Shown piece after piece: positions 1 to 13,333 of a stretch of DNA of 38,586 nt. Location: NCBI GenBank assembly GCA_905331295.1, contig CAJNYD010000360.1:124001-162586 (forward strand), given 5' to 3'. The position numbers were made by a program, and so were the translations under genes. Positions within the stretch are counted from its first letter, which is position 1, and the number at the start of each line of letters is the position of its first letter. The DNA is from Rotaria socialis (taxonomy: Eukaryota). The notes below the pieces were generated by a model. It did no database searches. It saw only the letters and a program-made list of their open reading frames with translations, and was not told the DNA's origin.

Positions 1-1345
1 TGTTAGTAATATTTAATTCAGGTGAAATTTGATCATGAGATTCCGTTTTATGCAGTACAAAATCGAACGAATCTGACAAGACAAGGGATGTTTTTGATTG
101 AATAGATGTTGTTATATTTGTCTTAATGGACTTCGTTTGTTTAGATATATTTGATGAACTTTGACTTTCAATGATGCTCATCATGTTTTCTGAATCGGCG
201 GTAAGATTTTTTTCGTTTATTTTTGATATTTGCTTTTGATTTGCTTTACAAGTTTTTATTAAACATGCCTGTTTCGATAATGATAATCGACGAAAATTAG
301 TTTTCTTCGTCAATCGATCAGCTATTTTCTTTTCTTTTTTCATTGGTACAGGATAACTGCAAGCAATAGTTTTAAATTAGTTCTAGATGAACTGAGAAAT
401 GACTATCTTGTATTTCACTTCAATTCTGGCAGAGAGTTCGTTTTTAGTTCTTTGATGACTCCTATGGGGATAACGAATTAGTAAAGCTTCGCTGAATATT
501 ATTTTCGCCGACTCCAACTTTGCCGAATAAAAATCTTGACCGAAAAATATCGAATCAAATTTGATCCATTCTCGATATAGAATTTTATCCTAACTAACTA
601 CTTTAATAGTGACTTGATTAATTAACCCCATCTGAGTTGATAGCCCACACCCACACCTCACAATTTAACTCGCAAATAATTTAGCAATTGAGGCGAGTTC
701 CTAGATTAAAGTCCAATCAAGCAGGGGAAATCTTTAGGAGGGCTGTCCCTTAAGAAATTTTCTTTCGAAAAATCTTTTTTTCTTCCAGAGCTCCTTTTGA
801 CGTTTTAAAAAGAATTAAGTTTGTTTACTATCATGACTAAATCTCCAAAAATATTATACGTAAGATAAAATTAGATTTTCGAATTTTCTTTCTAAAGTGC
901 TAGCGATTGAAGGAGCTGAAATGCCATGCATGCTAAGAAGAAGTTTTGAATAAAAATTAGTTTTAAGACACATCATGATTAGGAGATACATTCAGTTTGA
1001 GTTACACAAAGTGATGTTGCTGAAAAATGCAATATTCGATAGTTTTTGTAATTACTTTTGGTGACTATAATGATTACTGTGTAATTTCTGCTTGATTGAT
1101 GGTTGTTGTGCACTTAAATTTCGATTTTCTGTACTTTTAATTTTATTGTTGTGTAAAATATATGAATAGGGTCTCATTTTTACATTCATGATTTCTGATT
1201 GCAATTGATTCATATATTGTCGAGTATTTAATGATAATTTGGATGGTAATAAATGATTGAGTATCTTATTTTTGTTTGTTACTCTTTGCTGTTTTAATAA
1301 ACATGACGAAGTTTTCTTTGGAGATAACTTTTTACGTGAATTCAT
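1..1345 (-). CDS. Low-complexity K/S/N/Q-rich protein, partial (runs off the window edge); either a separate gene or a 3' extension of the PLAT gene
   Basis: Exon 1345-1056 ends at a phase-2 GTAATT donor. Splicing to the acceptor TTGCAG at 357 gives a frame (YPVPMKKEKKIADRL...SPELNITN) that stays open to base 1. No recognisable domain. Confidence 0.5.
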
Positions 1346-1938
1346 ATTTTTATCTTGTGGAACTTGACGAGTAATGTTTTGATTTTTACCAGCTACGATA
1401 AAATATTTAAGTTATAAAATTGTCTTAAGTCAAACTACGATGGATTTTTATCCATTTACACAGCTGAATTCTAATGTAGAGGTAACCTTCCTTATGAGTC
1501 TACAAGAAGTAGAGAAAAAAGAGAACAGATGTTATAGATTTTGTAGCGTACCTAAATTGATACTTAAATTATAGCAATTAACTTGTACACACTCTAGAAT
1601 GTGTCAATTTAATCTAAAGAGCAAATCTATCGAAGAACTGCTTGCTATATGCTCATGATGAGCGAATTTGTGTACAATAAGTTTAGTTGCGCTAGATGTG
1701 TTACAGAGGATATAGCATCAATTAGTTTGCTTGTAGAAAAACTACAATATATTCTATCTCAGATCGAACTAGTCCAATCATAGCTTGAACTTTTAATACG
1801 GCTAATCTCAAACTAAGCAGTAAGTATCGTATTGAATAAAATGAAAGACAAAAGTAGAAGCCAAGTCGTTATTGACATAGGCTAATCGGAATTCAGCATC
1901 AGATTTTAAAGCGCATCTTAAATTGTAGATTCTTGTAG

Positions 1939-4900
1939 TTATTGTTTTGTTTTCCAGATCTTTTGTTTTTTACAAATAAAGTTCAACTTACGATGTCGAT
2001 TTTTAAGAGTATTTGCTTGTTGTTGATCAAATTTTGTTTTTGAACTTTGTCTATTATTCATCAATTGTATTGGTTTAGTAGTTTTATTTCGATATTCCTC
2101 AAGTGTTTCAATTGATTTACGGTACGGATTCGATTCATTTAAAGATGAACTTGCTTGGTGATCAATATATTTCTTTTTACCAGTGGTTTTAACACGATCA
2201 CCTGGATGAATTTGTCTACTTGAACTAAGAGTTAATTTTTCTGATAATGAATTGAGTTCGTGAACTAGATTTTGAGAATTAAATGAAATATTTGTATCAT
2301 TTAATGCAGAGAAATCATCTTCATCATTTTCCGAGAGAATGTTCTCAGATAATTTCTTGTAAGATGATACTATTAATGGATCAATAGAAGTCATCGTTGT
2401 TGATTGAGCAGCATCTTGTGGTCGTGTTTTCTTGTGCGTGGTGATATCTGACAGACATTGCATCGATTTGATTAATTCGAGTCTATTGTTGTCCGAATGG
2501 AGAAGATCATCGTCAACAACATATTCGACACTAACGAAAAATCAATAAATGAAAAAAGGTACTTTTTTTATGTTGATCGATCAAACCGATAGATCCTATT
2601 GCTTTTCGGATGAAAGATTTCAATAAATCCTGGTTGATACAGATTACTTTTGTTTGGTTTCGATCCGACTAATGAAAGTTTGAGTTTTTTCAACTACAAT
2701 TTCAAAATAAATTATTTTGATTTTTATTTATAAGAAAAGAAATCATTAAAACTTTTCCAAGATCTTTTATTAAATCGATAGTAAAAGTACGAATTGTATT
2801 TTCTTCTAATGGTTCGTCATTATCTTCGATTTGGGTAAGTATCGTCTTGTCCGATTGTTCATTTTCATCAATTAATTCTATTTGAAGTTTCGTATCTTGA
2901 CCAAGAAATTCTTTCTTGATTGTTTTCATTTTTATTTTATAAATGTTTTTTTCAGAACTATCTATTGATTTAGTCATATATGTCTATTTTAATAAGAAAT
3001 TTTATTCTTCATACGAATCAATTGATTAGCCTACTGAATGAGCTGAATATTCATTTAAATGAATTGTTAATGGATTATTTTTTCTATTTAATATTTCATT
3101 TACATCGACTTGATAGGTATTTTTGGAATTTTCATCACTAATTTCAAATGTTGATATTAACCACTTGAAATAGAAAAAATAATTCAGAATATTTTAATTC
3201 TGATTTAATTTACTTCATTTGAGATTTCTTCATCAATAGAAAGAATTGCTGATTTCAGCTAGAAATAGATTTGATGAATGTTTTATTTGAAATCATTTCA
3301 ATATCATACAATGCCAATATCAGGTATATTGAGAACAAATGTATCGTAGTTTTTCTTTTCAAATAAATTATTTGAATTTATTTCTGATCTATTTAGATAA
3401 ATTTTATCCGATGTGCCTTTATCTCCATTTAATTGTAATTGTACTTCAGGAGTTGAACCCATCAAATTTGAACTATCCGTTTTTATTGAAATCTTATATT
3501 TATGATCTGCGTCGATGAATTACTGTTATAGTTGTAACTATGCATAAAAATATTTCTTACTTCTCGATTTTTTAGCTCCCTGTGGTACTTCTGTTGAAAT
3601 TTGATCTGTTAAATAAAGCGATAGAATTTATTCTTTTTTCTCTGCAGTAATATTAACGTTTCCTACCGAAATTTTTCTTAGCTGTCATTGTACTTGGAAT
3701 GCTAGGTAATGAAAGTTGATTATGAACCATTTTGGTTGATGTTGCATTTTTAACATCTATGATGAAATAGAATAATTATTATTCTTCTACTATTAAAATA
3801 ATTTACATCGTGGAATGGGTTCAGCTTTTGCACTGATTTTTGGATTTTTTAAATCAAGCATACGATTAATATTAAATCTAATCAATAAGTATAAAAAAAA
3901 ACATTAGTTTATCAAGAATAAAGCACTTGAACATTTTATCATTGGAGAATAGCAGCTGTGACATGAAATAGAGAACTTAATGTTACACACATTTTAAGAT
4001 CTTTGCAAGACTTCGGGTGGTGTCTTGAGAGTGCTAGAGCTGTTAAATAAACATCTAGATACAGCTTTCTTGAAATTCATTTCGAAAAGTCAGTCACGCT
4101 CTAGGTAAAATTAATCAACATATTATTAAATAAAAAAATCAGTTTATAAATGAAACTTCTTAATAGTTATGTTAGAAAAGGATATTTTACGTTTCTTGTC
4201 AAGTTTTGCTTGTGTGCGATGTATGATTTTATGGAATCATTTTAGCATTTATGTCGAATTTAGATAGAATTATTATTAAACAAATGTTTTCCATAGTTCT
4301 CGTGTCACACAATGGTTGTAATGAGACAATCTCGTCGGCGTCAACCCCTTCGATATCGTTGTCGATGAAATTCAAGCTTATGTGAATAAAAGTCAAAGTC
4401 AACCGCGCACTTTTCTTTTATCAAAGGAGTTTAAATTAAGATGACAACTCTCGTTATCGAGTACACAGCATCCAAATGATGGTTTATGTCAATCCTAACA
4501 AGTTTATTTTTTCACTTAACCAGATGCTATCATTTGAATTCACAAAATAGAAAAAGAACGTTTCAAAACTGATGTCAAATTTACATTTCTTTTTTTTTCA
4601 ATTTATTTTAAATAATTTTGACAATTGCTGTTAATAGTAGTAGATAAATACTCAAAGTATATTCACAACAATGATTCAAGCTTGATTACAACTATTGTGA
4701 GGAATCATTACGTACTCGATAAGACTCATGGTTAAAAATAATCTCTGGTTCACTTAGAAATTTGAAGAATCGATGTACCTATTCATGCAAGAAAATCTAC
4801 ATAGTCAATGTTGAAAACCATAGGAATTTGAGCGACTACTCCTGCGAACGTTTGCTCCATTTTAAACGTTCTTTCTGATCTCATGCATAGATTTTATACA

Positions 4901-7900
4901 GCTCAAAGGCAACTATCAAAGGCAAGCAAAGCTGGTAGAAAACTGAAAGCTATAAGTTTATGATCTATTTCAACACTTTAGTTTATAATCTATCAATTTT
5001 CATAACAGCTTCGGATAGAACAGTAAACAACTGATCGAAAATGATTCAAATATTCGACAAATAGTTACAATCTCGATAAGAACAAATGATTTATGTTCAA
5101 TGATGTAATATAAGAGTCGATGAACCTATACCTTGTAAAAATATCTTTAAACTGTATTTCTTGCCGTAAAAAAATAGAAAGTTCTAGCGTCTCCTTTTTT
5201 AAATATTTGACTTCTTATTAATTTACCTATAGGAATCGTTTGTTTTTAAATAAGTTATTTCAATATAATCGAGCCCAAGCCTTTTAATATTCGGATGTGT
5301 TATATCAATTTCAATTGATTGTAATTCACCTAATGAGGTCATATTTTCAATATGATATTCATCTTTATGTCCAGGTTGAAATGAATTATACATTGTTACT
5401 GGATTACTTAATTCAACTTCATGTTTGCCTTTATTTCCTTGAATAAGTAATTTTATTGCTCGATCAGGTCCCTTTAATTCGCTTGCTATTGTTCGAGTAT
5501 AGATTACATAATCTACTTTTCGTTCTAAAAGTTTCGTTTTCAATAAGAAAATATTTAAGAAAAAAAGAAAAAAAAAACAAGCCATTAATCGGTTGAATAG
5601 TTAAAGAATTTGTTCTATCTTTTGCGTTGAACCATTTATATATTGGAAAGATGTAATCCTAGGAAATAAAAAAGAAGAATCTAATGAATACATCATTAAT
5701 AAAATCTAATTAAATGAAATCAACTTGTTCTTGTATAATATCTCGAATAATAATTGTTTCAATAAACCATTGATCAATTTCATCGCTTGATGATATTTCT
5801 AAAGTTTTTATGGGACCAACATAATATTTCGACGAAAGTAAAAATTCATCTGTGTGATTATCTTGGAATAATATTCGTTTGTCATCTAATGGTGTTAATT
5901 TATATGGTTCAGATTTTCTTTTTTCACCTCTCAATATTATGTTAATCGATGGTAATGTTGACATATTTGATAAACCTTTTTCACCAGTTTTAAGTTTTAA
6001 TAAATACCCAGGCTTTTCTTTCTCTTAACATAAAAATTAATCAATATTATGGTATTCCTTAAGCAATAGTTGTCTGAATGTCTGCTTTGTTTTCTAGGTC
6101 AATAGTTCTTTTTTTAGATAAATTTATATTATGATTAGCTATTTTTGTCTTATGGTCTCATGATAAATTGACTTGCTTATAAAAGCATAGAAATGCGCAA
6201 GAATGAATGAACCCGAGTTTTTTCAATCTATTGCACAGCTGTCATACAAACTTTCATAGTTGTTGAGACACGAACTATTGACTTTTATATTTTATTAGTG
6301 TAATATTTTCAACTTATCCAAATGACATACTAATTTTCTAATTCACATACTTTTCTATTGTGAGCAGGTGATAGATCTTTAATCAAATACATAAGATTAT
6401 CCTCATCATAAAAGTTTAGTTTGACAGTCGATCGAACTTAACGTAAGTTGAAAAATGCAAAATCTAGGAAATATGCTTTAATGCAGATTTTAAACTTGCG
6501 ATTTAGCTTTTATTCTCTCGATCGAACGAAATATGAATAGATTATTACGTGATTGATTGCTGCATACCTTTATTGGAATCTGCCTGATCTAAATATTTAA
6601 TAGTATTAAAATTTAACAAATTAAATAGAAAAAAACAGGTAAGGTTTTACTTATATTTTGTGGATAAACAGTTAAATGTCTTATTAAATTTCGATTCTCT
6701 GGATTTGAACCATCAAATAGTTGATTAACTATAAATCTATAGAATTGTAAATACAATTCAATGATTGATTATTTTTTGTTTTAGTTGTTATATAATTACT
6801 TATAATGATTATCTGTTTGATCTTCTTTAATAGTGATATATTCACAAAACCATAATGGCTGTATGCCTTCAGACTGAACAAGTAGTTGTAAAGAAATTAT
6901 TTTTGCTAACTGTGGCCACATAACATAAAATGTGTCTAATTGATCTGGTTCAAATATTGAATTTTTAAAAGCCGAGTTTGCACTGCATAAATTATCTTTA
7001 AATAGAAAGAAAAACATCTAATTCTCTTTAATATTCGTAGGAAAATCTTTACCAGCAAAATTTCCATTTTCACCTTTGACTTGTAGAAATACCGATGAAT
7101 CTGTTACTTTATTTGGTTGTTTTCCTGTTTTAACTTGAATTGTGTATGTTGCAAAACCAATTTTCTTGTATGGTTTTATTTGTTTAAAAGGTTTCGATGG
7201 TAAACTATTAACGGGACCAATATCTTGTTGAATAAAAAAACGACTTTTATTATCATTAGAAAATTTATCCATTAGACGATTGAAAGGAAATCGATAAATA
7301 TTAGTAGCATCATCAATTATCTCGATCCAATCAACTTTCCAAGATGAATATTGAGCATCATGATATATTTCAATAGCATATATATCACCTAAATAATTTA
7401 ATTCGAGATTAAATAAATCGATTTGTCCTGATTGCCATTTATTTTTATTATTTGATTGTGTAAGAATTATATCCGATGTTTTATTATATGTACCATGTAA
7501 TTTAACTGTTACATTTGTATCATTCGATAATGATGAACTGATTTCATTATTGGTTTTTATTTTTATTATATACTCAACTTGATTTGGCATATTCGATAAA
7601 TCATTATTAATTTCATTTTCCATATTTTCATTTGTTTCATCTATACCATCATCAATAGAGATCTTTTTAGATAATGTACGTGCACAATGAAGAATTAGAT
7701 TCATTCGATCAAGTATATCATTGGTAACCGATGAAAATAAAATGGTCTCTTTTACTTTTGGTTCATATTGCATTTGACACATTAACAAGTCAATGTCACC
7801 TTCAAACTGATTAATATATGTTACTAATTCTTGTAAATATCTTTTATCTTGATTTGATTTTGAATCAAGAAAAGACTTATTTATTTCACGTATAGCTTGC

Positions 7901-10232
7901 TTTAATCTATAATGCAATGTTGTTGTTTCAACGGAGAGAAGTGATCGATGTTCAGGACGATTGAAACGTTCAGCACGAAGCTATTGATGAAAGAAAAATT
8001 CACTTAGAAATCATATATTTTTCATATATGGTTAGAAATGTCAAAAGCTATAGTCTAATTAGGAAACACTATGAAATTTCTCTTTCTAATAATATCGATT
8101 CATTTTGTATTCGTTTTGAAGACAAGAATAAGGGTTTCAGAATGCACTAGTGAAATGTTTTACTAAAGAATCAAACTTCTAATCAGTCGATATCAAAATC
8201 GTTTTTTAAGTTTAGTATGCAGAAATTCATTCATGGTCATTATCCATCCACTTTTGTAATTAAAAGGTTTTATACAAAAGGAGTATTCAAGAGAAATGGG
8301 CAGACCTGCCAATATATTCTTTCTTGTTTCAATCTGATCTAGTCTGTAATTACTTTAACCAACTCAAGTAATGTCTCTACTTTATCGGACCTTCTATATT
8401 TATCACTATAAACTATCATCTCAATTAAAATACTAAAGTTTTTCTACTAAAGGATAATCTTCTAATGAAAGAAAGGGTTTACTTAAATTAATGATATTTG
8501 AATCAATTATTTCCTTAATATATTTTCATGAGGCTTAAAAAAAAGTAGTAAACAAAATCAATGAGACAACTATGATAGATGCTTTTCACACAATAGAAAC
8601 TACAATTAACAAAATTTGATGTTGATATTAGTGTTATTTAACATTATTGTAATTGAATTACTCGTAATAAAAAAAAAACATATAATAGGACAACCAAAGA
8701 AAACTTGCAAGAAAATATACAACGCAAATATGAAGGATAAAACAGAAAAATAATAACAGACAGAAAACTTAAATGCGACTTTTGAATTTTTGTAACTATA
8801 CAAACAAAAAGTATTCTATTCAATTTTTCAATATATAAAGATGCTCTTTTGTCACTGAATGCACTTATTGAGATATCAAAGTGATGTTCTATCGAAGTAC
8901 TAATTGCTAAAATTGAATGAATTTGTCATGCAAGTTTTAGTGACAAATTCGTCCATCTTCAACGATACCTTAGTCTCAAGTTGAATCTTGAAAATCAAAA
9001 GGTAGATTGAAACCAGACCGACAACTTTAGCATGACGTGGTCTAACAATCGGATTTAATATTATACTGAAGGATCAGGCAATATTGGGAGCTCTGGTGGT
9101 GACAGAAATTTGCATTCACAAATGTGACAAACAATTTCAAAACCTTCTATGAAGAATGGCAGAAAAACTCGTAGAAATACGTGTCAGACACAGCTATCAA
9201 AATGTTCTGCTTAAATTTATAAATGATTGTCATCGTATATTTTGTGAAAAATTTCGTTAGAGGAATGATAAGGTGACATGCTATGTCATAGATAGAGTAA
9301 AACCATCTCTCGACTAAAAATGGGTGTCTCAATATTATTTCGTTTGACTTGAAGCTAGTAGGTGGAAAACAGAAAAATGTATTTTCCGATAGGCAACTCC
9401 ATTTAGTTTCCAGATTGAGTAAATAAAAAAAAACGTCTTCTGGTAAAATGTTAATTAGTATGAAAAAGTAGCATTTAAAGGTCAGAGAAGATTCTTTTCA
9501 GATTCATATCCGGAATTAGCATGAACGACAACTTATAATCCACTAGTTTGTATTAAAGCAAACAATTGATCAATTTATATATCGTTCTCTCATTAATCTT
9601 TTCTAACTTGTCTCAATTTGGCTATCTCAAAACTTTCTAATTCACAATCAATAGAACGAAAAAATATTTTCATTCCCTTGTTTTTAATTTCTGATAGATA
9701 AAAATATTCTGTAGAATACTTCATAAATATTTCGTTTGGCTCTTCTGCAAGCACGCTCAAGAGCTTGTTGATGTAATCGAAGATCATAATCAATATTAAA
9801 TGTAATACAACAATCGCGTTGTTTTTCTTTCATATCATTGACTTCTTTCGAATATGGTAAAGATAATGGATCGATTTTTATTTTCGTATCTTTATTTTCA
9901 ATGTAATTTATTGAATATTGATCAATGCTATCTGTTGTATTATTATTAGGTATTTGAAATGTATCATCACCAATTACATAGCCTAATTCACGTAGTTTGA
10001 CAAGACCCTTTATTTTACGTTGCTCTTCTTCTTTAATTTGTTGTTCCATATGATATTTTTCACGCAATCTATCTTTTTGTCGTGAATGGTCTCTTTGACG
10101 TCGACCCTCATTATCTGTTTTAAAATCTCGCTGAATACGCAGAATCGTTATTGCTAATATAGTAAAATCTGTTAATGATACACCTGCATCAATTAAACTT
10201 TTTAAAAGCTTATCAGCTTTAGTTGTTATCAT
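1939..10232 (-). CDS. Multi-PLAT/LH2-domain protein (LOXHD1-like), about 1330 aa, 18 exons, about six PLAT repeats after a helical N-terminal region
   Basis: Phase-consistent exons: 10232-9720, 9676-9608, 7980-7053, 6995-6800, 6736-6651, 6588-6568, 6023-5725, 5658-5583, 5524-5227, 3877-3807, 3756-3667, 3605-3561, 3506-3310, 3258-3214, 3163-3035, 2983-2753, 2693-2587, 2530-1939. Recurrent PLAT signature Y-x-I-x-(I/V)KT...V-x-L-x-G...F-x-x-x-Q-x-D-x-F...LG-x-I...W-x-V-x-x-I-x-I...Y-x-FP-x-x-x-W (e.g. EYIIKIKT...WQSGQIDLFNLELNYLGDIYAIEI...SWKVDWIEI...YRFPFNRLM). The start (possible extra exon MKISALK at 10333-10313) and the final exon are uncertain. Confidence 0.85.
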
Positions 10233-10701
10233 TAATTTCGATATTTGGGAAAAAATAAAGAAAATAATAAATCAATAAAAGTAAAATATTGCCTTCTAAT
10301 TAATGCGCGTACTTTTAAAGCAGAGATTTTCATTGTTTTACTATCGATTCATTTTTAGTGAACATATGATAAGACATCTTTAGCCATATCAACTAAAACT
10401 GAAAAAAAACCATGCAATAATACATGTAATTGGTATTTTTGATCAGTATTTTGTTTTCTTTCAATATCTCGTAAGAGAAATCTCCTAGTTGATCAATCAT
10501 GTTCAAATGGGGACTGCGTACTAATGTAGACTGCACAAGTTACAAATATTCTCTGAAGAATTCAGACATAAGGCTTATCCGTGGCGAGATTTTTTAGGTA
10601 TTTTTCAATTTGATGTTACAGTTCCGTGCAGGAATATGAAAAATTACATGAAATAAAGCGATGTAGCGAATATTCTGTTTGGTAAGAGTCAGATTGTTTT
10701 G

Positions 10702-10780
10702 GGGTGTGGGTGTGATATGGGTGCGTGAATAGGCCTTCGACAAGTACACCGACCCAAATCGAACACCCACACCCACACCC
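10702..10780. repeat. Miniature inverted-repeat element with TGTGGG-type arms in the divergent promoter
   Basis: GGGTGTGGGTGTG (10702-10714) and its exact reverse complement CACACCCACACCC (10768-10780). Related motifs at 644-657 and 14008-14020. Confidence 0.65.
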
Positions 10781-10934
10781 TGGCGTTTGCTTTTTCCTGT
10801 TACGAGATAAAGTTTCGCAATCACATGAATCACATGTGAAATTTTGTGTTTTTTATGGCAATGATGAATAAGGTAAGAGGTATATAAACTGAAAAGAGAA
10901 AAAGAAGCACATATACTCGGGATAAATATCGACT

Positions 10935-11877
10935 ATGTTTCCAGTGCCTACGTCATCTTCTAGTGAATCGTTTTGTTCAAATGATATTCTTTCGTGGAAA
11001 TTTCCTAAAACTCTTGGTTGTTACACATTAATCGGTCGTTCAAGAGCAGACGATGCAACAAGTTTATTCATTCCTGAACTCGATATATTATTCGACTGCG
11101 GTTGTTCAGTTACAGCTACTCGTCCTCTCCACATTTTTATTACACATACTCACTTGGATCATTGTCTTGATATTACTAGATTATGGAGTAAAATTCGAAT
11201 ACCGCAAGTTTATATTCCTATATCCGCAGTTCACCCCATGAAAGAATATATTCGGAAATGTCAAGTTCTTACGATGGTTAAAGAAATTGATCCAGATCCA
11301 GCCCAATGGATACCTAGCCATGAGTTGATAGGTGTTAAACCTGACGATTTATTAGACTTTCGAAAAACAATGAAAATTCGTGTATTTGAAATGGATTATT
11401 CAGTGCCTTGTTGTGGATATGGATTTTATGAACGTCGACAAAAATTGAAAAAAGAATACGAGCATTTATCCAGTAAAGATATTGGAATGATGAAACGAGA
11501 AAATAAAAATCTCGAACTTAGTGAAGAACGAATAGCTCCATTATTTGTTTTTATGGGCGATACAACAGTATCGATATTCAGCAGATATGAAAATGAACTT
11601 TTTCAGTTTCCATTAATTATTGTCGAATGTTCCTATATCAATAGTGAACTTCATAGAGAACCAGCTTCGGAAGGCAAACATATAATTTGGGTAAGAAACA
11701 ACTACATTTTTTTCCATTTAATGCATTGGGATATTTTAGGATGACCTTCAACCTTTCGTAATCAAATATCCAAACGTTATTTTTGTACTAATTCATTTTT
11801 CACATCAATACAAAAGCACAGAAATACGAGATTTTTTTCAAAAGTTAAATCTACCTAATGTTATACCATTTATTTAA
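10935..11877 (+). CDS. Short-form TM-type ribonuclease Z-like metallo-beta-lactamase, 297 aa, 2 exons
   Basis: Exons 10935-11690 and 11740-11877, with a 49-nt GT-AG intron. Motifs: LFDCG (I), ITHTHLDH (II), KLKKEY (KL exosite motif of TM-type tRNase Z), FMGDT (IV), IVECSY, VLIHFS (V). Ends LPNVIPFI*. Confidence 0.85.
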
Positions 11878-12621
11878 CACGTTCAATCTGACGAGACTCA
11901 ATAGTGAGTCTCAGTATTTTTTGTTAATAAATTAAATAGGAAAACACTTTCTTTTATGATCTGAGAATTTTTTCTCAGGAATAGTGGTTAACTATTATTA
12001 CTTTGACAATAGGAATGGAAAAACTAACAGTCACTCACAAGTCATTTTGTCATTCATGCGGATTATTCATTATATTGTAATGCAACAGAACGAAAGAAAA
12101 GGAAAGTAAAAATTGATAAGATTGCATTTTCAAACTATTTTAACAACACAATAAATATTCAGCAGCTACTTATTGAAATGAATAACCTTTTCGATCAAAT
12201 CCTTATATTAAAACTGAACATGTATTGACTTTCAATAATTCACTTCTGTCTAATATTCGTTGAGAACTACGTTAGAATCTTTTATTTACTTGTTCATATT
12301 ATAATAAAGGTTTAATCAAGACCGAATAAAATTTTGAAGATCTCCAAGCGACAGTAACTCCCTGCAAGTAATTTTTGTAATTCACCCCACATGCGACACA
12401 TTTCAAGTTATGTGCAGTCACTGAATGAAGTCACTGCCATAACCAAAATGACATTATCATACATCTTCGTTTTCTTTCGTGCTGTTGCATAATGCTATAG
12501 ATGAATACCCAATAGCACTGATGCAATTGAAACTCGTTTTTCAAAAGTTGATAGTTAATAAAAATCCGAAAAAGTTGAAACAGTTATAACTCGAGTTATA
12601 ACTGTAAACTGAAGTTGTAAC

Positions 12622-13332
12622 CAGAGATGGGCAAGTCAGCGTTTTTTCGACTCAAGTCAAGTCAAGTCAACTCATAGCTAACCCACAGAAAAAATTTCAC
12701 TAAAAAAACGCGGTAAACCGCGGTATTGAAAACCGCGGTTTCAAGCGGTATTTGGAAAACGCGGAAGTCAGACCTTTTAGGCGTCTCTAAAAAAACGCTG
12801 AAAACCGCGTTTTTTTTAAATTGAATAAACGGTCTGACTACCCCGGTTTTTTTAAGCGCGTCAGTACGCGAATTCCCCAAGACGCGATCAGTCGCGGTTT
12901 AAAAAAAACGCAGAAAAGTCGGTGATAATCGCGGTTTTAGAATACCGCATTTTACAGTTGACCTGATCACTTCGGTATGCTCAGGTGAGTTACCCTTCGT
13001 GGGGTAGTGTAGTGAACTATAAGTTCCAATACTTCAAAGTCGCGTTGCAGCGACGAAGTTCATATTAAATTTTATAATGCGTTACAGATAGTAAAGTGCG
13101 CACGATATCCTTTCTGTTCTTACACATTGTTGCAGTAACATCGTACGAAATGCGCGAAGACAATACTGCCAGTTTATGATACCCCGACGCGGTTACAATC
13201 GAGTTCAACGCGGTTTACGATACCGCGACTAACCGCGTTGCAAATTACCGCGATTGCCGTTTAGTTCAACGCGGTTTATGATACCGAGACTAACCGCGTT
13301 GCAAATTACCGCAGTTACAATCGAGTTCAGCG
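12622..13332. mobile_element. Degenerate non-autonomous DNA-transposon fragment(s) with CCGCGG/ACCGCG subterminal arrays and an hAT-like left end
   Basis: Begins CAGAGATGGGC, followed by (AAGTC)n and many AACCGCGGTT-type motifs. A tandem duplication of about 60 bp lies at ~13190-13332. No matching right end or TSD was found. Confidence 0.5.
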
Positions 13333-13333
13333 C

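Noticed and set aside
9593..9793. Overlapping ORFs suggesting a programmed frameshift
   Set aside because: A 43-nt GT-AG intron (9677-9719) joins the frames cleanly.
12662..12880. 72-aa ORF; similarly ORFs at 10594, 17724, 17958, 21858 and 22764
   Set aside because: They lie in repeats or AT-rich intergenic DNA and show no domain or splice support.
13187..13332. CRISPR-like repeat
   Set aside because: Only about two tandem copies, no unique spacers, no cas genes, and a eukaryotic context.
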